From the NCBI GenBank assembly GCA_039621445.1, contig CP154954.1, positions 13,930,387-13,994,386 of the forward strand: a stretch of DNA of 64,000 bases. Direction: 5' to 3'. The translations under genes and the position numbers were made by a program. Origin of the DNA: Euglena gracilis (taxonomy: Eukaryota). Below are positions 60,501-64,000 of this stretch, piece by piece. The number at the start of each line of letters is the position of its first letter. The first letter of the stretch is position 1. A model generated the notes under the pieces. That model searched no databases. It worked only from the letters and a program-made list of their open reading frames with translations, and was not told where the DNA came from.

Positions 60501-61634
60501 AGGGGATTCAGGAACCCTCGGCGTTTGTGTCTGGTGAACAAAAAAAATTAAAAAATTAAGTTTAATTTAATTTAAAAATTTGAAAAGGATTAAATTTTTA
60601 GCAAGCTTTTGGCATCTTGGAAGAAGCAAAATTGAAAAAATCCCTTCTTGCTGGGCACACTGGACCTTTTGCTTTTTTGCATTGATGGATATTTGCATGA
60701 TTCACAAGGAATTGTCACCAAAAATTTTCGCGTTTTTGCATTTTTCCTACAATTCTAATATCGAATGAATTTTCGGAAAAAAATCAATTTTCAACTTGTG
60801 GTGAACATTTTTAAACAAAAACCAGTTTGCATTTCCCCGACTCCAACCCATTTTTCGCGTTTTTGCATTTTTCCTACAATTCTAATATCGAATGAATTTT
60901 CGGAAAAAAATCAATTTTCAACTTGTGGTGAACATTTTTAAACAAAAACCAGTTTGCATTTCCCCGACTCCAACCCAGTTTCCTCATTTCGTCACTCACA
61001 TGCTTGCACCGCGGGTGTCGAATTCGACGACGTTTTGCTGAACCCCCGTAGTGCACGTCCTTGGACCCATCACAGAAAATGGATAAGGAGCTTCGGGAGC
61101 AGCAGAAGCAGCTGGACCGCGAGACCTTCGGGGAGGCTGGCGCGGGCTTCAACCAGACTTCCTTTTAAGGAGGGAGGGTCACACCTCCCCAGGGTGGATG
61201 GGGGCTATGGGCAGGCAGGGGAGGGGGAAGACATTTCCGACCCCGGGGGGTTTGGAGCCATGACACCCCAACGTTTTGTTTTGTTCGGCTTCTTGGAGTC
61301 ACAAAACACCTGTGTAACCCCCCCTCCCCTGGGTGGGTTTCGAGAGTGGGTGGGTGGTTGGGGCTGCTAGACCCCCAGGGGTTGGATGAGTTTTGATCAG
61401 CCAAAGGCTGGACCGTGATATTTTTTGAAGTGCTGGTTTTGGCTGATTTTGGGTCGACAGGTTCGCTGGGCGGTGTTCGGTACCAAGACAGGTTTCCTTT
61501 GCCACCCCACGGGTTAAAATCAGACGCCTGGCGTCGGGTACGGCTATGGCCCCCGCGCCGGGTTCCGCGGCCGCAAGCAGCGCAGCAACTTCAAGACGGG
61601 CGGCGGCGGAGCCGGCGGCTACTCCAACTACTGA
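47214..61634 (+). CDS. LSM14: Spliced gene: Lsm14/Scd6/RAP55/DCP5-family mRNA decapping activator and P-body protein, 12 exons, about 463 aa
   Basis: N-terminal LSm14 domain ([41 protein letters not shown]...[14 protein letters not shown]), RG/RD-rich middle, FDF-like [12 protein letters not shown] box [16 protein letters not shown] box LDRETFG, RGG-type tail. The exons sum to 1392 nt, which is in frame. Confidence 0.96.
47403..47733. mobile_element. TA-flanked MITE (TATGTCCAA family)
   Basis: TIR Cn-TATGTCCAACGACC / GGTCGTTGGACAAA-Gn-TA. Confidence 0.85.
48332..48411 (+). CDS. LSM14: LSM14 exon 2
   Basis: CAG|..[28 protein letters not shown]. Confidence 0.95.
48548..48899. mobile_element. 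TA-flanked MITE (TATGTCCAA family)
   Basis: TIR TA-Cn-TATGTCCAATGACC / GGTCATTGGACATA-Gn-TA. Confidence 0.88.
50459..50587 (+). CDS. LSM14: LSM14 exon 3
   Basis: [27 protein letters not shown]...GPPIT|GTGCGT. Confidence 0.93.
50767..50954 (+). CDS. LSM14: LSM14 exon 4
   Basis: [14 protein letters not shown]...YGGRDD|GTGTGT. Confidence 0.9.
51513..51675 (+). CDS. LSM14: LSM14 exon 5
   Basis: CAG|..[10 protein letters not shown]...WEPPRGG; followed by nonconventional intron 51676-52639 (stem CATCTCCTCCTG/CAAGGGGGGATG). Confidence 0.88.
51874..52291. mobile_element. TA-flanked MITE (AAATAAGACCC family)
   Basis: C-run/G-run TIRs; relatives in the opposite orientation at about 2730-3080 and about 13000-13392. 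Confidence 0.85.
52458..52605. mobile_element. hAT-like MITE inside LSM14 intron 5
   Basis: CAGGCTGT...ACAGCCTG; perfect TSD GTCCAGAA. Confidence 0.9.
52640..52729 (+). CDS. LSM14: LSM14 exon 6
   Basis: [30 protein letters not shown]; nonconventional introns on both sides; 3' end +/-1. Confidence 0.82.
53276..53406 (+). CDS. LSM14: LSM14 exon 7
   Basis: [49 protein letters not shown]; upstream stem GTTCAGTAG/CTGCTGAAC; 5' end +/-2. Confidence 0.85.
53750..53876 (+). CDS. LSM14: LSM14 exon 8 (FDF region)
   Basis: CAG|..[44 protein letters not shown]. Confidence 0.92.
54155..54238 (+). CDS. LSM14: LSM14 exon 9
   Basis: [33 protein letters not shown]. Confidence 0.88.
55684..55766 (+). pseudogene. 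Degenerate tRNA or tRNA-derived SINE head in LSM14 intron 9
   Basis: Acceptor stem GGCGAAT/GTTCGCC, D stem GCTC/GAGC, T arm GGGTTCGATCCC; the anticodon region carries a 13-bp tandem duplication CAGGGC(T/C)AACAAC. Confidence 0.7.
55998..57167. repeat. (TATAC)n followed by its reverse complement (GTATA/GTACA/GTGTA)n
   Basis: Directly visible; orientation switches at about 56480. Confidence 0.96.
57215..57522. repeat. Poly-T low-complexity tract (possible read artefact)
   Basis: About 300 nt of almost pure T; preceded by a copy of 57626-57672. Confidence 0.85.
57928..58327. mobile_element. TA-flanked MITE (TTATATT family)
   Basis: TACCCCCCCAAA...TTTGGGGGGGGTTTA with a repeated GGGTTTATATT motif. 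Confidence 0.7.
58390..58473 (+). CDS. LSM14: LSM14 exon 10 (FFD box)
   Basis: [33 protein letters not shown]. Confidence 0.93.
58658..59572. mobile_element. TIR element with (TACGAATAAG)n subterminal arrays
   Basis: 23-bp TIR CAGGGTTTCCCA(C/T)TGATTCGTAC; flanked by the direct repeat CATAACT (7 bp as assembled). Confidence 0.88.
60724..60977. repeat. Near-perfect 127-bp tandem duplication
   Basis: 60724-60850 is repeated at 60851-60977. Confidence 0.92.
61076..61150 (+). CDS. LSM14: LSM14 exon 11 (TFG box)
   Basis: [28 protein letters not shown]; followed by nonconventional intron 61151-61535. Confidence 0.9.
61154..61530. mobile_element. Diverged MITE forming LSM14 intron 11
   Basis: Ends CAGACTTCCTTTTAAG...TTAAAATCAGACGCCTG resemble the TIR of 44560-44822; interior resembles 11680-11825. 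Confidence 0.62.
61536..61634 (+). CDS. LSM14: LSM14 exon 12
   Basis: [32 protein letters not shown], with TGA at 61632-61634. Confidence 0.85.
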   Translation, partial: GYGYGPRAGFRGRKQRSNFKTGGGGAGGYSNY

Positions 61635-64000
61635 CCCCGCAGGTCCGCCCTTGCTGTTCTCTGAACCCCTGCTGTTGTTTGTCGGTCGGTCGGTCTGTCT
61701 GTCTGTCGGTCGGTCTGTCGGTCGGTCTGTCTGTCTGTTGTTTGTTTTTGGTCGGCGAATCTGGCAGTTAAATGTGTTTATCTTTGCCTTTGCACAAAGG
61801 AACACATTTTTTTATATTTTTTTTAGAGAGGTTAGTCCAGGTTTTTGAACTGTCCCTTGCACGCCAGCCCTCTGTGTGTGCATTTTGTGTGGTTTTGCAG
61901 GGGTGAAACCTGCAGGAAAAGCCGAATTTTTTTGTCCCTCCGAAACATGGCGCGGAGTTGTGAAAACCCCTGCGTTGACCCCCAGGAACTCAGAATTACA
62001 CAAATTTGTGTGAAACCCCTCGTATTATCCGCCACATTTTTCTGATTGACAACTGGTGGAAATCATCCTGCTCTTTACCCCTTTCGAGAATTCTCAAATG
62101 TCTCTAACAGTCTACTTCCACCTGCCAAACACACTTCTTTCGCAACAAACTTCATTTATCCCCTAAAGTGTAGCAGGCAACCAAAAAGCAAGCAAAGGGG
62201 TTGATTTAAGAGCATCACCTTGCGCTGGTAGTTTGTGTGGCAGATTGGCCACATCATCTCACTTACATTGAGATTCTGTGACACCAATTCGGCAACAAAA
62301 TCAATGTTCCTTCACACAACTGTGTAACGAAGCATTATTTGTCTTTTTGCGCAGTTGTGCAAATGAGCAATTTCATAACCAACCAACAGCCTCCCATGCC
62401 AACGTGTTGTAGCTGGAAAACAAATGTTGGCTACATCATATGATATATTATATCCTATCATATCAATTAACCCCGGGGCTGAACCACCAGAACATCTTTG
62501 TGAAAACATACTGCTTTCCTAGATCTTAGGCGGCCTAATTCGCATTTAAGCTTTTTTATTTTTTTGCGCATTTGCGCAAATTTGCGAATTTTTTGATTCT
62601 GCTTTGATTCGGCTGTGAAGGTCAGGGTGGTTTGAAAACACGTTGACAAGAGAGTGCAAAAAATATGCAAAATTCTGTTTTTGGCTGTGTGACCCCCGGG
62701 ACCTTGCCCGCCCGCACTGAAAAAAATAAAAAAAAACACCAAAGGAACGGGACCTTTACTGCCCTTGTTGCTTCTTTCGGCTGTGTCCCCGGGTGTGCCC
62801 GAGCTGCCGGCGGTGTGTGTCCTGGGTTTTTACCGGACTGCTTTGCTTGCGACGCCTTGCTGTGGTGTTTTGGGGCTGTTTGTCAAAGCGCGGGGAGGAG
62901 GTGCCGGGGGGTGTGGGTGTTGTGTGACCGAGTGGGAAGGAGGGACGCAGTGAGAGGAAGGTAAGTGTGGGGTGTTGGGCAAGGGAAGGGCAGGGGGGAA
63001 GAAATAGGGTCCATAGGGAATGAGGGGGATGGGTGTCTCCCACCCAGCTTATACCCGGAATCCACACAACCAGTTGTGTGGCAAAGAACCCAGCAGAAGA
63101 AGCCCAACACCGGAAGGACAAAATTGTGTTTATTTGCGCGCAAATGCGTGCACCAACATGTTTATGTTTATTTGCGCATTTGCGCAAATAAACATAAACA
63201 TGCCCTTCAAGGATTGGGCTTTAGTACCCATGAACTGACGCTGTTGAAAAACGGTGTGACAAAGGAGCTGTGAGTGCGCAGACCAACGGGCCGTCCAGTT
63301 GGTAGGTTCGTCACACTGTTTGTCGACACGCAAGCTTATGGGCGCAAATGCGCACACAAACAAAAATTATGTTTATGTTCGCATTTGCGCAAATGCGCAA
63401 ACAAACATGTTCTTTGTTTATGTGCGCAAACGCGCAAATAAACACAAAGAAGAACGGTGTGATGGAAACACAACCGTCAAACACCAGCAGCAGATGTGGT
63501 CTATTTGCGCATTTGCGCGCATCACATTGTTTGTGGGCGCAAATGCGCAAATAAACTGCATGAGAAAACTGTACAATGTACATTTGGTTTATCTGCGCAT
63601 TTGCGCAAATAAACCACGTGATGCGCGCAAATGCGCAAATAAACCACCAACGGAGGAGTTTAAAGCGACTTCATTTGGCACTCCAACAACCACCCTCAGT
63701 GGCTTCTGAACGGGTTCAACCCAAATGGCAACACCGTCTCCTCTGGTATATGGTGTTTTGGTGCCGTATCTGGTGCCTTGACAGGTCCCACAAAAGACGG
63801 GAGACAGAGGATGTCCTGAGGTGGGTGCGCAGCCACCCAGTAACCGTACTCGTCCACCGGCACCAATTTTTGGGTCCCAAGGGCCCTGCCACTGGCCTGT
63901 GGCCTCGGCTCCGCTGTTGTAGCCACATCAGCTGCTGATGCTTCAGCACCCACCAGACCGGCATCCACCTCCCCGGTGCAACAACACCCAGCTTTAGCGG

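Noticed and set aside
63696-63968. Possible last exon of a minus-strand gene at the window edge
   Set aside because: No recognisable motif or junction; cannot be supported from this window.

Overview
This is eukaryotic nuclear DNA, most likely from a euglenid (Euglena-like). That assignment is inferred from the intron type, not from a database search. Most ORFs in the supplied track are spurious. I reconstructed two spliced + strand genes by hand. (1) A receptor-type class III adenylyl cyclase (TM, extracellular region, TM, HAMP, cyclase, WDGV tail) with about 27 or more small exons, from upstream of position 837 to the stop at 33475. Almost all its introns lack GT-AG ends and instead have paired ends in the register exon|N3-CAG...CTG-N5|purine. 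(2) An Lsm14/Scd6/RAP55 gene (47214-61634, 12 exons, about 463 aa) with 8 GT-AG and 3 nonconventional introns. Introns and intergenic DNA are packed with two classes of non-autonomous inverted-repeat elements: TA-flanked C-run/G-run elements, and CAG...CTG elements with 8-bp target-site duplications (hAT-like). Main finding: the 3+5 nt that flank the intron stem equal exactly one 8-bp TSD. At least two introns (11619-11954 and 33321-33413), and probably a third (61151-61535), are still recognisable as a MITE plus a split TSD, so their removal restores the exon exactly. This points to an intron-generating transposon system for nonconventional introns. All splice junctions are predictions from reading frame, protein motifs and base pairing, and need RNA confirmation.
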